Source: a virus. From it: a stretch of DNA of 64,000 nucleotides. The stretch lies in IMG/VR virus record IMGVR_UViG_3300007276_000035, positions 1 to 64,000 of that record. The stretch is one strand, 5' to 3'. Shown piece by piece: positions 19,928 to 31,036 of the stretch (within the stretch, counting starts at the first letter, position 1; the number at the start of each line of letters is the position of its first letter). The notes beneath the pieces are model-generated. The model made no database searches. It was not told where the DNA came from and saw nothing but the letters and a program-made list of their open reading frames with translations. The position numbers and the translations under genes were made by a program.

Positions 19928-21006
19928 AAATACGCGATATAATAGAATCAGCAAGTGTAGGCGGCATTAGTGCTGGAGCAGTAGCAGGCGGGCATGTTCC
20001 CTCTTTTGCGATGCAACGTAGATCTCCAACAAAGAAAAAGAAGCGCAAAAAGACTTCAGAAGCTGAAACACTTAACCCGCCCAGCATAGACGTTGGCGAT
20101 GAAGTTAAAGTGGGCAAGTTCAAGAACAGTAAAGCAGAAGTTAAAGGTTTTAAGAAAGACGAGCATGGCCAGCCTGTGCTTAAAACTACTAAAGGTGATC
20201 AGAAGCTATACAAGCCAAGAGTTAGCAAACTAGAACCTGGTGTAAAGGAATCCAATCTAAACGAAAGTTCAGCATATAATGTTGCGAAAGCCTTTGCTGA
20301 TCAATGGAATCAAGAGTCGGGAGTAGATGATGCGCAGAAGCTGCGGGTTAAAGAACCAGGGACTCGAGTATGGACCAGAGGAGACGGTACAAGACATCGT
20401 GATCCCGGAATGATTCTCGCGGAACACGACGATACTATCGCTAAATTTTGGAAATGGCTTGTCCAACAACCTGGTATTAAACCGTTTGGACAGATCAGCG
20501 GAGAGTTCGGAAGCGATCCATATAAGCCCGCTGTTCGTTTAAAGAACATGTTCTTTGTTCAAGGGAGAAGCTCGGTTGCGTACGGATCAACAAGCCGCGT
20601 AAAGAACCCTAATAGTGTTTGGCGTCACAAAGAAAGTGTTGGAGAAAACGAAGTATTTCCAGATGTAGCTACGCCATCTGCAGGCCAGATTGCCCGTAAG
20701 CATGGTGTTAACCCCAAGCAAATTTTCCAGCAACTTAAAAAAGGCATACAAGTAGAAAAAGAACACACCGGAGATGCTAAAGCAGCTAGAGAGATTGCAT
20801 TGGATCACCTTAACGAGTTCCCGGACTACTACGATAGACTCGAAGGTGTTGAAGAAGGATCAAGACAAGATAAGCTCTACCAGCGTTATAGCAAAGTAAC
20901 TAAAAAGCGCACAGGTAAGACACCAGACGAACACGCTCAAGGCTTCGAAAAAGAAAAGAAGCGTATACAAAACAAGCTAGCTAGCATGGATAAGAAGACA
21001 AAGTAA
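19924..21006 (+). CDS. modular putative virion protein with DUF5661-like module
   Basis: MKIRDIIE; KGIQVEKEHT...EIALDHL...PDYYDRL. Confidence 0.6.
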   Translation: MKIRDIIESASVGGISAGAVAGGHVPSFAMQRRSPTKKKKRKKTSEAETLNPPSIDVGDEVKVGKFKNSKAEVKGFKKDEHGQPVLKTTKGDQKLYKPRVSKLEPGVKESNLNESSAYNVAKAFADQWNQESGVDDAQKLRVKEPGTRVWTRGDGTRHRDPGMILAEHDDTIAKFWKWLVQQPGIKPFGQISGEFGSDPYKPAVRLKNMFFVQGRSSVAYGSTSRVKNPNSVWRHKESVGENEVFPDVATPSAGQIARKHGVNPKQIFQQLKKGIQVEKEHTGDAKAAREIALDHLNEFPDYYDRLEGVEEGSRQDKLYQRYSKVTKKRTGKTPDEHAQGFEKEKKRIQNKLASMDKKTK

Positions 21007-21008
21007 CC

Positions 21009-21230
21009 ATGAAAGCAATTAAATGTAAAGACGGAAGACTAACGTTTATAAGTCGAGAATCAGCAAGCATGTTCAATAACATCGAAATGGCAAAGTTTCT
21101 TGACATAAGTACACTTACAGAAAGAGAATTGTATATCGCAGAAGAAATGTATAAGCAAGACATACTTCAAAAAATTAAAAGAGACGAAACCATTGGCTAC
21201 CGAATCTACCCGCAAAAACAAAAGATCTAA
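21009..21230 (+). CDS. hypothetical protein
   Basis: 73 aa ORF in operon. Confidence 0.55.
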   Translation: MKAIKCKDGRLTFISRESASMFNNIEMAKFLDISTLTERELYIAEEMYKQDILQKIKRDETIGYRIYPQKQKI

Positions 21231-21615
21231 TACCAAACAAACAGTAAAGAAGCTTGACAGCTTAATTGAGAAAGTCAAGAGTAAGCCTGTGTTTGTAATT
21301 GGCAAAAATGATGTTTTCTACACCGTTGTTAACTATATAACCAATGAAGTAGCAGTAGACTTTATACCCACTAAATTAGCAGCAGAGCGTATAACTAATC
21401 GTTATAACAACAAAAATGCATTTAGTCCAACGCAGAAAAAGAAAGTGGCTGAATGTTTACAGGGCAACTTAAAGTTACACACTGATATTATTTTTTATGA
21501 ACACACGATAAAGAATACAACAGATCTCGACTATAAAACGGTTTTGCTCTCCAGACACAAAGAAGCAAAGATTTTTAAACAAAAATTTACACGAGACTTA
21601 CTCAAGCTAATTTAG
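21193..21615 (+). CDS. hypothetical protein
   Basis: 140 aa ORF in operon. Confidence 0.55.
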   Translation: MATESTRKNKRSNTKQTVKKLDSLIEKVKSKPVFVIGKNDVFYTVVNYITNEVAVDFIPTKLAAERITNRYNNKNAFSPTQKKKVAECLQGNLKLHTDIIFYEHTIKNTTDLDYKTVLLSRHKEAKIFKQKFTRDLLKLI

Positions 21616-21664
21616 CAAATATTGATAAATAAGTGTAATACTATATACTTGACAGGATTTCGTT

Positions 21665-22927
21665 ATGTTTTTAAAAGATTTTAATCAAACTCCAGAGAAA
21701 AGAGTCTCTAAGCTCAATAAGTTACTAAAAGAGCAATTTAACATGAGTGTTGCTGCATTTCCTAGCAAACTAAACCTAGAGCGCATTCTCGAAGCTACTA
21801 ATCAACAGCTTGTTTCTATTAGAGGCACAAGCAAAAAATTCCATCTTGAGCCAGAATATGCAAAGTTTCTTGGTATCAAGGATATCACTGAGACTATGCT
21901 AAGTGAAGGCATGTATGCAGAATCGCCTAAGTACAATGAAATGAAGCAAATGATTTCTGCTAGTGTACAAGAGCTTATGGATGGTGGATACACTATGGAC
22001 GAAGCATGTTCAGAAAGCATGAACCGCTTCCGTAAAGATCCACGTTGGGCATACGACGACGAACACGTTCTACCTATGGTGCTTAAAGCAGCTAAAGAAT
22101 ACATGGAAGCATGTGGTATGGATCACGTTGCAGTTGAAGATGCAGTAATTACTATGCCAGACTCAGATTTAAACGAAAAGCTACTTATGGCTATGGCAGA
22201 AGAATGTGGTGTTAAGATTAGTGACAGTGCAAGCTATGATGCTATTGAAGAAAAGCTAGGCATGTTTGCTAGCGTAGCAGGTAAGAGCCGTGATGCAGTA
22301 GTAAGTTTCTTAAACAGCCTAGACGAAGATGCGGTACAAGGCGGCATCCAAATGTTTGGTAAGAAAGTAGCAGAAGCTAACAAGTATGTAAAAGCACGTA
22401 AAGATGCAATTAAACTAGGAAGTGACGAATTTGAAGTTGACGGTGTTGTACATTCAGTAACCGGCAACACAGACGACGAAAAATTAGAAGAAGGAATGTT
22501 TGATATGTTAATTAGAGATCTACTCAACGAAGAAGTCGATGTAGAGCAAGCTGAGGTTGTTATGGCAGTTCGTGCGCTAGCCGACGACATGCAAAGTTCA
22601 GTTGAGAGGTTGGGTCGTATGATCAATGAAGACCTTCCTGCTATCACTGACCAAATGAGGGCTGAAATGGGTGCTAGCGAAGCGCAAGCATTTTACGATC
22701 AGACTAGTCAGCTACTAAGCCAGCACTTAGAAGCTACACGCCAAGTTAAAGCACAACTTGATCAAAGTGTTACTGGCATGACAGGCGGCGAAGCTGAAAT
22801 GGGACTTGGCGGAATGGAACCTGACATGGACATGGACATGGGTATGGGTGCAGAAGAACCTGCTATCGATAATATCCCAGCTATGCAAGGACCAGAAGAC
22901 GAACCACTAGGCCGCGCAGAAATTTAA
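21665..22927 (+). CDS. acidic head/scaffold-like structural protein
   Basis: Late motif 21624; acidic, Met-rich, many LxE sites. Confidence 0.6.
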   Translation: MFLKDFNQTPEKRVSKLNKLLKEQFNMSVAAFPSKLNLERILEATNQQLVSIRGTSKKFHLEPEYAKFLGIKDITETMLSEGMYAESPKYNEMKQMISASVQELMDGGYTMDEACSESMNRFRKDPRWAYDDEHVLPMVLKAAKEYMEACGMDHVAVEDAVITMPDSDLNEKLLMAMAEECGVKISDSASYDAIEEKLGMFASVAGKSRDAVVSFLNSLDEDAVQGGIQMFGKKVAEANKYVKARKDAIKLGSDEFEVDGVVHSVTGNTDDEKLEEGMFDMLIRDLLNEEVDVEQAEVVMAVRALADDMQSSVERLGRMINEDLPAITDQMRAEMGASEAQAFYDQTSQLLSQHLEATRQVKAQLDQSVTGMTGGEAEMGLGGMEPDMDMDMGMGAEEPAIDNIPAMQGPEDEPLGRAEI

Positions 22928-23268
22928 TGTTGATACGCGATATTATTCTTGCTGAAGGATATGCAGACGACCTTTTGCACATTGTTCAGGATACTTTAGT
23001 TATGATGATGGGAGATGACATCGGTGAAATCCCCACTGACAAGTTTAAAGCAATGCTTGCTCAGCAAGGCTATATCGTGTCAACTGAAGAAATTATTGCA
23101 GCAGTGGATGCAAGCGGTTTTGCTAGTAGCGTAGATGCAAACAGCATTATACCAACTAGCGAATTGCCAAGTAACATCGGCCAGGATACTGAGGAAGAGC
23201 CAGTAGACGTTGGAGCAATGGCAGGCGACCAAGCAATGAAAGATATTAATCAAGACCTACCGCAATAA
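22927..23268 (+). CDS. putative virion protein
   Basis: N-terminus MLIRDIILAE. Confidence 0.6.
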   Translation: MLIRDIILAEGYADDLLHIVQDTLVMMMGDDIGEIPTDKFKAMLAQQGYIVSTEEIIAAVDASGFASSVDANSIIPTSELPSNIGQDTEEEPVDVGAMAGDQAMKDINQDLPQ

Positions 23269-23279
23269 GGAATACAAAG

Positions 23280-23612
23280 ATGACTACCTGCTCAACAAGT
23301 ATTTTCCCAAACGCTACAACAGCACGATCATTGACACGAACAACAGTAACCGTGATAGAAGAAGTGTGCGCTATTGAAGTTGCAGTGCTAGGTAATGTTG
23401 AGTTAGGATTGTTATCAGCTAATATAACGTCAGGCACTACAATGACTGACAGTAATGCATACTATAAAGCATACAACGATATAACTACTGATCCTTCATT
23501 AGTTGATCAGATTAATGTAGTTAAAGAACACTTTCTTAATTTAGGTTATGGTGTAAAGATATTCACAAACCCACAAACCACTGATACTATTACCTGGAAT
23601 ATTAACTGGTAA
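23280..23612 (+). CDS. structural hypothetical protein
   Basis: 110 aa ending in WNINW. Confidence 0.6.
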   Translation: MTTCSTSIFPNATTARSLTRTTVTVIEEVCAIEVAVLGNVELGLLSANITSGTTMTDSNAYYKAYNDITTDPSLVDQINVVKEHFLNLGYGVKIFTNPQTTDTITWNINW

Positions 23613-23619
23613 TAATAGG

Positions 23620-23648
23620 TTGACACTTAGGATATTAGATCATATAAT
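23620..23648 (+). promoter_or_regulatory. sigma70-like promoter, leaderless start
   Basis: TTGACA-17-TATAAT; ATG 6 nt downstream. Confidence 0.8.
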
Positions 23649-23654
23649 AGTTAT

Positions 23655-24335
23655 ATGCTAATAAACAAATATAAATACCCAAAACTAAAACGTATACAAC
23701 AAGCAAACGGCTCTCGTCAATATACTGATGGAGAAGCTAATCCTGTCCCTAGTGTTACAACTATCCTAGACAAAACAGCAGATAAATCTTTTCTAATTAA
23801 ATGGCGACAGCGTGTCGGAGAAGCTGAAGCTTCTCGCATTTCTAAGGAAAGTGCTGGCCTGGGTACTAAGGTACACGATGCGTTAGAGAAGTTTGTACTT
23901 AAAGAAGACTATGAAATAACCGGAAACAATCTCGTTAGTATTATGGCGCGTCGAATGGTTGACGACATGATCGACAAAGGGTTAAGTCAAGTTGACGAAG
24001 TATGGGGTGTTGAGGTAGGATTAATTGCACCTGGTTGCTATGCAGGAACAAGCGATGCCGTTGGAATGTTTAACGGGCGCGAAAGTATCATTGACTTCAA
24101 GACTGCTAAAAAGATAAAAAAGCGTGAGTGGATTGACGATTACTTTATGCAAGGATGTGCTTATGCACTAGCACACAATGAAATGTTCGGCAGCGATATA
24201 TCCCAAGTAGCTATCTTAATGGTAGACAGAGAAGGTGGCTATGCAGACTTTGTCATTAAAGACGACGAGTTTGTTGACTACTGCAACAAGTGGGCACAGA
24301 GGGTAGTAGCGTATTATGAAAAATACGGAACTTAG
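23655..24335 (+). CDS. PD-(D/E)XK exonuclease (Cas4/RecB-like phage exonuclease)
   Basis: PSVTTIL, GTKVH, AGTSD, IIDFKT, QGCAYA. Confidence 0.85.
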   Translation: MLINKYKYPKLKRIQQANGSRQYTDGEANPVPSVTTILDKTADKSFLIKWRQRVGEAEASRISKESAGLGTKVHDALEKFVLKEDYEITGNNLVSIMARRMVDDMIDKGLSQVDEVWGVEVGLIAPGCYAGTSDAVGMFNGRESIIDFKTAKKIKKREWIDDYFMQGCAYALAHNEMFGSDISQVAILMVDREGGYADFVIKDDEFVDYCNKWAQRVVAYYEKYGT

Positions 24336-24415
24336 AGCCGGAGTTGTGATTACAGGACAAATCTAAATAGAACAATTACGATAAATACTGTTAAGAACCC
24401 GTTAGGAGCTTAACA

Positions 24416-27400
24416 GTGGCAGATCAAAACGACAACGAAAATATTATAATTTCTCGCATTCAGCAGAGAAGAGGCCTAAAGCAAGATATTCCTCAGCCCT
24501 TGCGTCCTGCAGAAATTGGATTCACTACCGATAGTAGACAGGTATTTATTGGCGCCGACCCCGAAGACACTAGTGCTACTTTCAACAAAAGCCTAAGTTA
24601 TTTCGAAACTACGTTAAGTGCTAAAGAGCACACTCTTAGTATTGCAGAGAATCAAGTTATTGCATTCACTGTACCATTTATCAAGTATTCAAAAGGTAAG
24701 TTTGATGGCATTAGTAATTTGCGCCAGTGGGAGCCTGAAGATGCTAGAACTTCTATAACCGTTGATATAGCGTGTGAACATATTAGTTCTGATTACAGCG
24801 TATTTGGACCAGATGTATTAGGTCAATATACATTACCTGTTATATTTGATATTCCGGGAGACAGCAGTATTACAGTTTCGTATGCTGCTGCAGGCTTTAC
24901 TACTAATCCTATTCAAGAAGGTGATGCAGTTGCAGAGCTTAACGGCAATAATATTAGTCCGGCAGTTGTCGGGGTTCCTATCACAGTTTCAAGCGTTGAG
25001 CAAGACGACGGTAGTAATTGCATTGTTAAACTTAAAGGCTATGAAAGTCCTACGTTAAGTGTAGCAAACTCAAGTTTACTGTTTACTAAGTCATCTATAA
25101 CTAATTTCATAACAGGAAAAGCATTCACTAGCAGTGATGTTTTTGTTAGTCAAAATGGCATATTATGCGAGCCTGATCCTGATGCTGCGCAAACTGTACC
25201 TAGATCTGCGTACGACTATGCCCTTGATGCATCTAACATTTTCTCAACAGGAACGCATAGCTTAACGATGCGAGCTGCACCTACACCAAGTGATGATGTT
25301 ACCCTTGCATACTACTCTAACATATCTGTATTGCAAGCATTAGAAGGATCACAAGCTAGTGACGGTAAGCGTTATGTGTCAAACAATGTAGAAAATCCTG
25401 CATACCGAGTTGAGAGCTTTTACTCACAATATAACACACCGGATTATTTAAAACTATCACCTGAGCTTGTGCGTGTAAGCACAACTACCGGTCTCGGGTA
25501 TATGGGATTAGAAAGAAAGCACATTTCAAGTATTGCATTTAGTGATACTATTAGTCAAACGGTCGGGTTAACTTTAGGAAATCTTTATGTTGCTAGAGAT
25601 GATGAGCAATTTGGTATTTCTAATATCTCAGTGCTTGGAAATAATACACAGCAATTTACTTTCACAATGGATTTTGCGTCAGAGAACGTATTTTCTCCTA
25701 AGACAGAAGCAAACGCAGATACAACGTATCGCTATAATACTTTACGTTTTCCGTCAAACCCTGCAACAGCTAATGCGTTCTTGCAGCAAGTAAATATTGA
25801 TGTGCTAACAGTAGATGACGCTAACTCTATTATAACTATAGAAGTTCCGGCAGTTGGCTTCTCTACAACTAGAACAGCAGCAATTAAATTAGCAACCCAA
25901 GTAGGAAATGATTACGGTAACACTCAGTCTACTACGATTACTGTTACAACCCCAGAAACAGCAGGTGTATCGCGTAATGATTTGATTCGTTTCTTAGATG
26001 ATTCAGGTAATGTAGCTAATTGCGAAGTGCAAGATGTGCTGTTTAAAGTGATTGACGTGCCGACTACAACTTCGTTTAACGTAGCAGTATCAGCCAACAA
26101 CGTACAAAATTACGACTTTACTGTAGATAATGATCAGGTTAGATTTGTTAACCATGGTAACACAACAATATCAGCTGATATATCACCTGGCAATGATCCT
26201 GAATCATCGATAGTACAACTATACTCAGAAAGTAAGCATAGAATGATAACAGATCCACTAGCGATCGAAGTATTAACTTCAACTAACCCGGCTGTGTTTC
26301 CTGCTAATGTTTCTTCTAATTCTTATTTACGATACGATATAGATGAAAACGAACAATTGCGTGATCAGGATCAGAAGAGCATCTTTATTGAACTTAATCC
26401 GACTCCGGGCATTGCTAACATTGCTGTTACTGGCGATTATTATCCAGTGCTAGATATGGGGTTATTGGGTGACTTAACTACTGTTACTCCTGTGCTAAGC
26501 ATAGATTTAAGCGGGGCGTCAACACTCAACGAAGTACTGGCATTAGTAAACGCAGATCTAGTTACAGTAAAGATAGATTCAGTAACTGATATTCCTGTAG
26601 TCGAAGATATATTCCCTAGTATAGGTTATGTGCCCGGTACAACAAACGAACTAATATTAAAGCAAGATCCATCTTACAGTAGTGTAAGTGTTGGCGGCAT
26701 AGAGTTTACATTGTTTGAAGACCTTGAAACTTCGACGCTATCAGCTTTAGGGTTCGAAGAAAGAAATTACGGACGTCCAGAAGATACTATTAGGGGTCAG
26801 TTAGAACAATGGCTTAACGATGTAGTTGTTAACCGAAACATAAACTTGTTTAGTCGTGTAATGACAATAGGTACCCAGATTGTACCTCAAGGTAATACTA
26901 CTGTGGCAGTTCCTGCAACATACACACCTTATACGGAATTACCTAACTTAAACCCTAACTACACTGATTCTCTTGATTCTTACTTACCATACACATTGTT
27001 GGTTGATGACGTATTTAAAGAAATACAATTTTGTGATAGATTAGAAGCTAGTAACTTTAATTACATTGTGAACTATAATTACAATGAAAGTTTATTTGAC
27101 AAGCAACTTGACAGATTGAATGGTGTTCGTGGTCTACTAAATCTTAAAAATAATATCGAAATTCTTACAAGAGAATCTAGTATATTGTTTGGTGAGCGGG
27201 AAGTAACATTCCCAGCAGCATTCCAAGTGTTAGTACTTAACGAACAAGAACCTAATGTACCTCTTACTAACTTTGTATTAGAAGCAACGAGATACAATAC
27301 ATTCATTATAGACTATACTATAGTTGATAGAGAAAGCAACAGTAACAAGTATTCTCGTGTAGGGCAAATGAGAGTAGAGGCTAGAACTGATATATCCACT

Positions 27401-27694
27401 ACTGACATAACGGTGTACGACGAGTTCTCAAGTCAATATGATATACAAGATCCGCCATTAGCCCCAAATCAAGGCCCTGGCGCAACTATTGGTGGTGCAC
27501 AAGATTACTCAGGCAACCCAGACAACATCTTTGAACCAAAGTTTGGTGCAGATATTGTTGATAATGGTATTAGGTTTTTCTTAGAAGAAAATCAAGATCT
27601 TGTCGCTCTGGGAGCGGATAACACAGCGCATAGTGTTAATACCGATTTAGTTCTTCGCTATGTAATTAAACGATGGTCTAGCACAGATATCTAA
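24416..27694 (+). CDS. large tail/baseplate protein with Mtd_N-like N-terminus
   Basis: SRIQQRRG...LRPAEIGFTTDSRQVFIG; late motif 24380. Confidence 0.65.
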   Translation: MADQNDNENIIISRIQQRRGLKQDIPQPLRPAEIGFTTDSRQVFIGADPEDTSATFNKSLSYFETTLSAKEHTLSIAENQVIAFTVPFIKYSKGKFDGISNLRQWEPEDARTSITVDIACEHISSDYSVFGPDVLGQYTLPVIFDIPGDSSITVSYAAAGFTTNPIQEGDAVAELNGNNISPAVVGVPITVSSVEQDDGSNCIVKLKGYESPTLSVANSSLLFTKSSITNFITGKAFTSSDVFVSQNGILCEPDPDAAQTVPRSAYDYALDASNIFSTGTHSLTMRAAPTPSDDVTLAYYSNISVLQALEGSQASDGKRYVSNNVENPAYRVESFYSQYNTPDYLKLSPELVRVSTTTGLGYMGLERKHISSIAFSDTISQTVGLTLGNLYVARDDEQFGISNISVLGNNTQQFTFTMDFASENVFSPKTEANADTTYRYNTLRFPSNPATANAFLQQVNIDVLTVDDANSIITIEVPAVGFSTTRTAAIKLATQVGNDYGNTQSTTITVTTPETAGVSRNDLIRFLDDSGNVANCEVQDVLFKVIDVPTTTSFNVAVSANNVQNYDFTVDNDQVRFVNHGNTTISADISPGNDPESSIVQLYSESKHRMITDPLAIEVLTSTNPAVFPANVSSNSYLRYDIDENEQLRDQDQKSIFIELNPTPGIANIAVTGDYYPVLDMGLLGDLTTVTPVLSIDLSGASTLNEVLALVNADLVTVKIDSVTDIPVVEDIFPSIGYVPGTTNELILKQDPSYSSVSVGGIEFTLFEDLETSTLSALGFEERNYGRPEDTIRGQLEQWLNDVVVNRNINLFSRVMTIGTQIVPQGNTTVAVPATYTPYTELPNLNPNYTDSLDSYLPYTLLVDDVFKEIQFCDRLEASNFNYIVNYNYNESLFDKQLDRLNGVRGLLNLKNNIEILTRESSILFGEREVTFPAAFQVLVLNEQEPNVPLTNFVLEATRYNTFIIDYTIVDRESNSNKYSRVGQMRVEARTDISTTDITVYDEFSSQYDIQDPPLAPNQGPGATIGGAQDYSGNPDNIFEPKFGADIVDNGIRFFLEENQDLVALGADNTAHSVNTDLVLRYVIKRWSSTDI

Positions 27695-27703
27695 GGATAA
27701 ATT

Positions 27704-28144
27704 TTGTTTTCAAAAAGTAAGTCGGACCAAGAACGACTTCATGACTGGCGTGTATTTCGTCAGTTATTCGACAGAGAAATAGGGACCGAGCAAACCGTAG
27801 TTGATGCATTTAAAAGTGTACCCACTCAACGACGATTTCTTGATTACTATACTCCTGACAGCTGGCCTAGTGTATTCGAGATTGTCCAACAAGGCATGTT
27901 TTGCCAAACCGGGATAACCTTAGTTATGGCTAGCACATTAGTTTATTTAGATTTCATTAAAACCAAAGAAATTCACTTAGAAGTAATAAGTAATCATATA
28001 ACAGGAAGTGAAGGTCTTGTGTTAGCATACACCGGAATGTACTATAATTTTGTCCCCGGGACTATAGTTTCTGAAGAGTATGTGCTTGATAATTCGACGA
28101 AATTTGATAGCCACATAATAGCAGCAGATAAACTTTGCTCTTGA
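27704..28144 (+). CDS. hypothetical protein
   Basis: RLHDWRVFR...DYYTPDSWPSVFEI. Confidence 0.65.
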   Translation: MFSKSKSDQERLHDWRVFRQLFDREIGTEQTVVDAFKSVPTQRRFLDYYTPDSWPSVFEIVQQGMFCQTGITLVMASTLVYLDFIKTKEIHLEVISNHITGSEGLVLAYTGMYYNFVPGTIVSEEYVLDNSTKFDSHIIAADKLCS

Positions 28145-28169
28145 CAAGATAAGTAATAGCTACTATACT
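28141..28169 (+). promoter_or_regulatory. sigma70-like promoter of nrdA
   Basis: TTGACA-17-TATACT. Confidence 0.7.
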
Positions 28170-28211
28170 AGTAGTGTATAATTATAAACACAATACAACA
28201 CAGGAAACACG

Positions 28212-30497
28212 ATGTCAAAACAAATTCTTATCACTAAGCGTGACGGCGCCAAAGAAGACCTAGACCTAGACAAATTACACAAAGTAGTATTCCATGCTTG
28301 CGAGGGTATCACCGGGGTGAGCCCAAGTGAAGTTGAAATCAAAAGCCATATACAGTTTTATAATGGTATCACTAGCACAGACATCCAAGAAACATTAATC
28401 AAGAGCGCAGCAGATCTAATTACTGAAGAAACTCCTAACTATCAGTATGTTGCTGGACGATTAATTAACTATCATTTGCGTAAAATGGTTTACAATAGTT
28501 TTGATCCCCCTTGTCTTTGCGACATAATTCAGAAGAACATAGACCTAGGTTTTTACGATGAAGAATTCACCGTTAAGTACTCCAAGGAAGATATCAACGA
28601 ACTTAATGAATACATTGTGCATGATCGAGACAACAATCTTACTTACGCAGCAATGGAACAGTTCCGTGGAAAATATTTAGTACAGAATAGAGCAACTAAT
28701 ATAATCTATGAAACGCCGCAGGTAGCTTACATGATGATTGCTGCTACTCTGTTTAGTGACTATGACGAAGAACTTCGGTTGCAATATGTTAAGGATTACT
28801 ACGATGCAATTAGTAACTTTGATATTAGCTTGCCTACACCAGTTATGGCAGGTGTACGCACACCACAACGTCAGTTCAGTTCTTGTGTGTTAATAGAATC
28901 TGATGATAGCCTAGACAGTATCAATGCAACCGCAAGCGCCGTAGTAAAATATGTTTCACAAAAAGCTGGAATTGGAATTGGTGCAGGAAGTATTAGAGCT
29001 ATTGGCAGTGCTATACGAAACGGTGATGCAACGCACACAGGAGTTATTCCTTTTTATAAGTTATTCCAAAGTGCAGTTAAGTCTTGCAGTCAGGGCGGAG
29101 TTCGTGGCGGTGCAGCAACATTGTATTATCCCATCTGGCATCTAGAAGTTGAAGATATGCTAGTGCTTAAGAATAATAAAGGCACTGAAGATAATCGTGT
29201 TAGGCACATGGACTACGGTGTGCAGTTTAACAAGCTAATGTACGAGCGTTTGTTGAGTGGTGGAGAAATTACATTGTTTTCCCCAAGTGATGTACCAGGA
29301 CTCTACGAAAGTTTCTTTAACGACCAAGAGAAATTTAAAGAATTATATGAAACAGCAGAAAGAAATACACGCCTAAGAAAGAAAACTATAAGTGCAGTAG
29401 AATTATTTAGTTCGTTTGTTACAGAACGCAAAGACACAGGCCGCATTTACTTAATGAATGTAGACCACGCTAACACACATAGCTCTTTTGACGAACAAGT
29501 GTGTCCAATCAGAATGAGCAACTTGTGTACAGAGATTACATTACCCACTGTCCCACTTAACGATATTAATGACCCAGAAGGTGAGATTGCACTATGTACG
29601 TTAAGCGCGATTAACTGGGGGAACATACGCACACCTGCAGATTTCGAAAAGGTTTGCGGATTAGCAGTCAGAGGGCTCGACGCACTATTAGACTACCAAA
29701 AGTATCCGGTAATAGCAGCAGAAATTGCAACAATGAAGCGCAGGCCGTTAGGTATAGGTATTATTAACTTTGCATTCTGGCTGGCTAAGCACGACACTAC
29801 ATACCAGGATCCTAACTTAGAGTTAGTTGACGAGTGGGCCGAAGCTTGGAGTTATTACTTAATTAAAGCAAGCGCAGACTTAGCTATAGAGAAAGGTGCT
29901 TGCCCTGGAACAATGGACACTAAGTACAGTAAAGGCATCACCCCTAATCAAACGTATAAGAAAGAAGTAGATGAACTAGTAAAGCACCAAGAGCGCATGG
30001 ATTGGAAAGGATTGCGCAAGCAACTCAAAGACACAGGGATACGCAACAGTACGCTAATGGCATTGATGCCAGCAGAAACATCTGCACAAATATCCAATAG
30101 TACAAACGGCATAGAGCCTCCACGTAGTTTCGTAAGTATAAAACAAAGCAAGCATGGTGTGCTCAAGCAAGTGGTGCCTCAGTATCACAGACTTAAAAAT
30201 AAGTATGACCTACTATGGGACCAGAAGAGCCCAGTAGGATATCTTAAAATTTGTGCAGTGCTGCAAAAGTATATTGATCAAGCTATTAGTGTTAACACGA
30301 GTTATAATCCAGAACACTACGAAGATGAAAAAATACCAATGAGTGAGATACTACAGCACATTGTTATGTTTTACAAGTACGGTGGCAAGCAGTTATATTA
30401 TAATAATACACACGACGGCCAAGGCGAAATGAATTTTGACAAGCCACTCGCTCAGGGTGAGGTAGATGACGAAGATTGCGAGTCTTGTAAGATATGA
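28212..30497 (+). CDS. nrdA: ribonucleotide reductase class Ia alpha subunit
   Basis: ATP cone, QFSSCVLI, SNLCTEI, MPAETS, LYY, C-terminal CESC. Confidence 0.97.
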   Translation: MSKQILITKRDGAKEDLDLDKLHKVVFHACEGITGVSPSEVEIKSHIQFYNGITSTDIQETLIKSAADLITEETPNYQYVAGRLINYHLRKMVYNSFDPPCLCDIIQKNIDLGFYDEEFTVKYSKEDINELNEYIVHDRDNNLTYAAMEQFRGKYLVQNRATNIIYETPQVAYMMIAATLFSDYDEELRLQYVKDYYDAISNFDISLPTPVMAGVRTPQRQFSSCVLIESDDSLDSINATASAVVKYVSQKAGIGIGAGSIRAIGSAIRNGDATHTGVIPFYKLFQSAVKSCSQGGVRGGAATLYYPIWHLEVEDMLVLKNNKGTEDNRVRHMDYGVQFNKLMYERLLSGGEITLFSPSDVPGLYESFFNDQEKFKELYETAERNTRLRKKTISAVELFSSFVTERKDTGRIYLMNVDHANTHSSFDEQVCPIRMSNLCTEITLPTVPLNDINDPEGEIALCTLSAINWGNIRTPADFEKVCGLAVRGLDALLDYQKYPVIAAEIATMKRRPLGIGIINFAFWLAKHDTTYQDPNLELVDEWAEAWSYYLIKASADLAIEKGACPGTMDTKYSKGITPNQTYKKEVDELVKHQERMDWKGLRKQLKDTGIRNSTLMALMPAETSAQISNSTNGIEPPRSFVSIKQSKHGVLKQVVPQYHRLKNKYDLLWDQKSPVGYLKICAVLQKYIDQAISVNTSYNPEHYEDEKIPMSEILQHIVMFYKYGGKQLYYNNTHDGQGEMNFDKPLAQGEVDDEDCESCKI

Positions 30498-31036
30498 TAC
30501 TGTTTGAGTCGTTAATCTTTAATAAAGACTTAAACATAGGGTTACTTCAAATTCCTAAGAATGCAAGTACATCAGCACGTATCCTTAAAGATTACAAGGG
30601 CGAATCCTGGAAGCAAACATCCGCAGCGGAAGTAGACTCTTCTGCGAAAATTGTTATAGTCTTACGAGACCCTGAGTCACGCTTTAAGTCTGCTATTAAT
30701 ATGTACTTTGCTACACAAGGAAACTTGTTTACTATGCCAACAGTATTTAATAACTACCTGGAAACTGATCAACATTTCTTACCGCAAACGAAATTTATTG
30801 GAACTATACTAGATAAATTTAGCGACATCGATTACTGGCAATACAATCATTCAGTACTCGAAGATATAAATGACCATTATAAGCTAGACATAACGGAAAT
30901 ACTCAAAGCTCGATGTAACACTAGTGAAAAAATAGTAACATCTATTAATAAAACATTTATAAAAAAACACTATGCTGACGATATTGCTATTATGAACTCA
31001 GTAAAATTTTTAAATAATGAGAAGAATAAAAAATGA
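30494..31036 (+). CDS. sulfotransferase-family protein
   Basis: IPKNASTS, VLRDPESRFKSA, DQHFLPQ. Confidence 0.7.
   Translation: MILFESLIFNKDLNIGLLQIPKNASTSARILKDYKGESWKQTSAAEVDSSAKIVIVLRDPESRFKSAINMYFATQGNLFTMPTVFNNYLETDQHFLPQTKFIGTILDKFSDIDYWQYNHSVLEDINDHYKLDITEILKARCNTSEKIVTSINKTFIKKHYADDIAIMNSVKFLNNEKNKK

Noticed and set aside
23655-24335. Cas4 of a CRISPR system
   Set aside because: No Fe-S cysteine cluster, array or other cas genes; fits a stand-alone phage exonuclease
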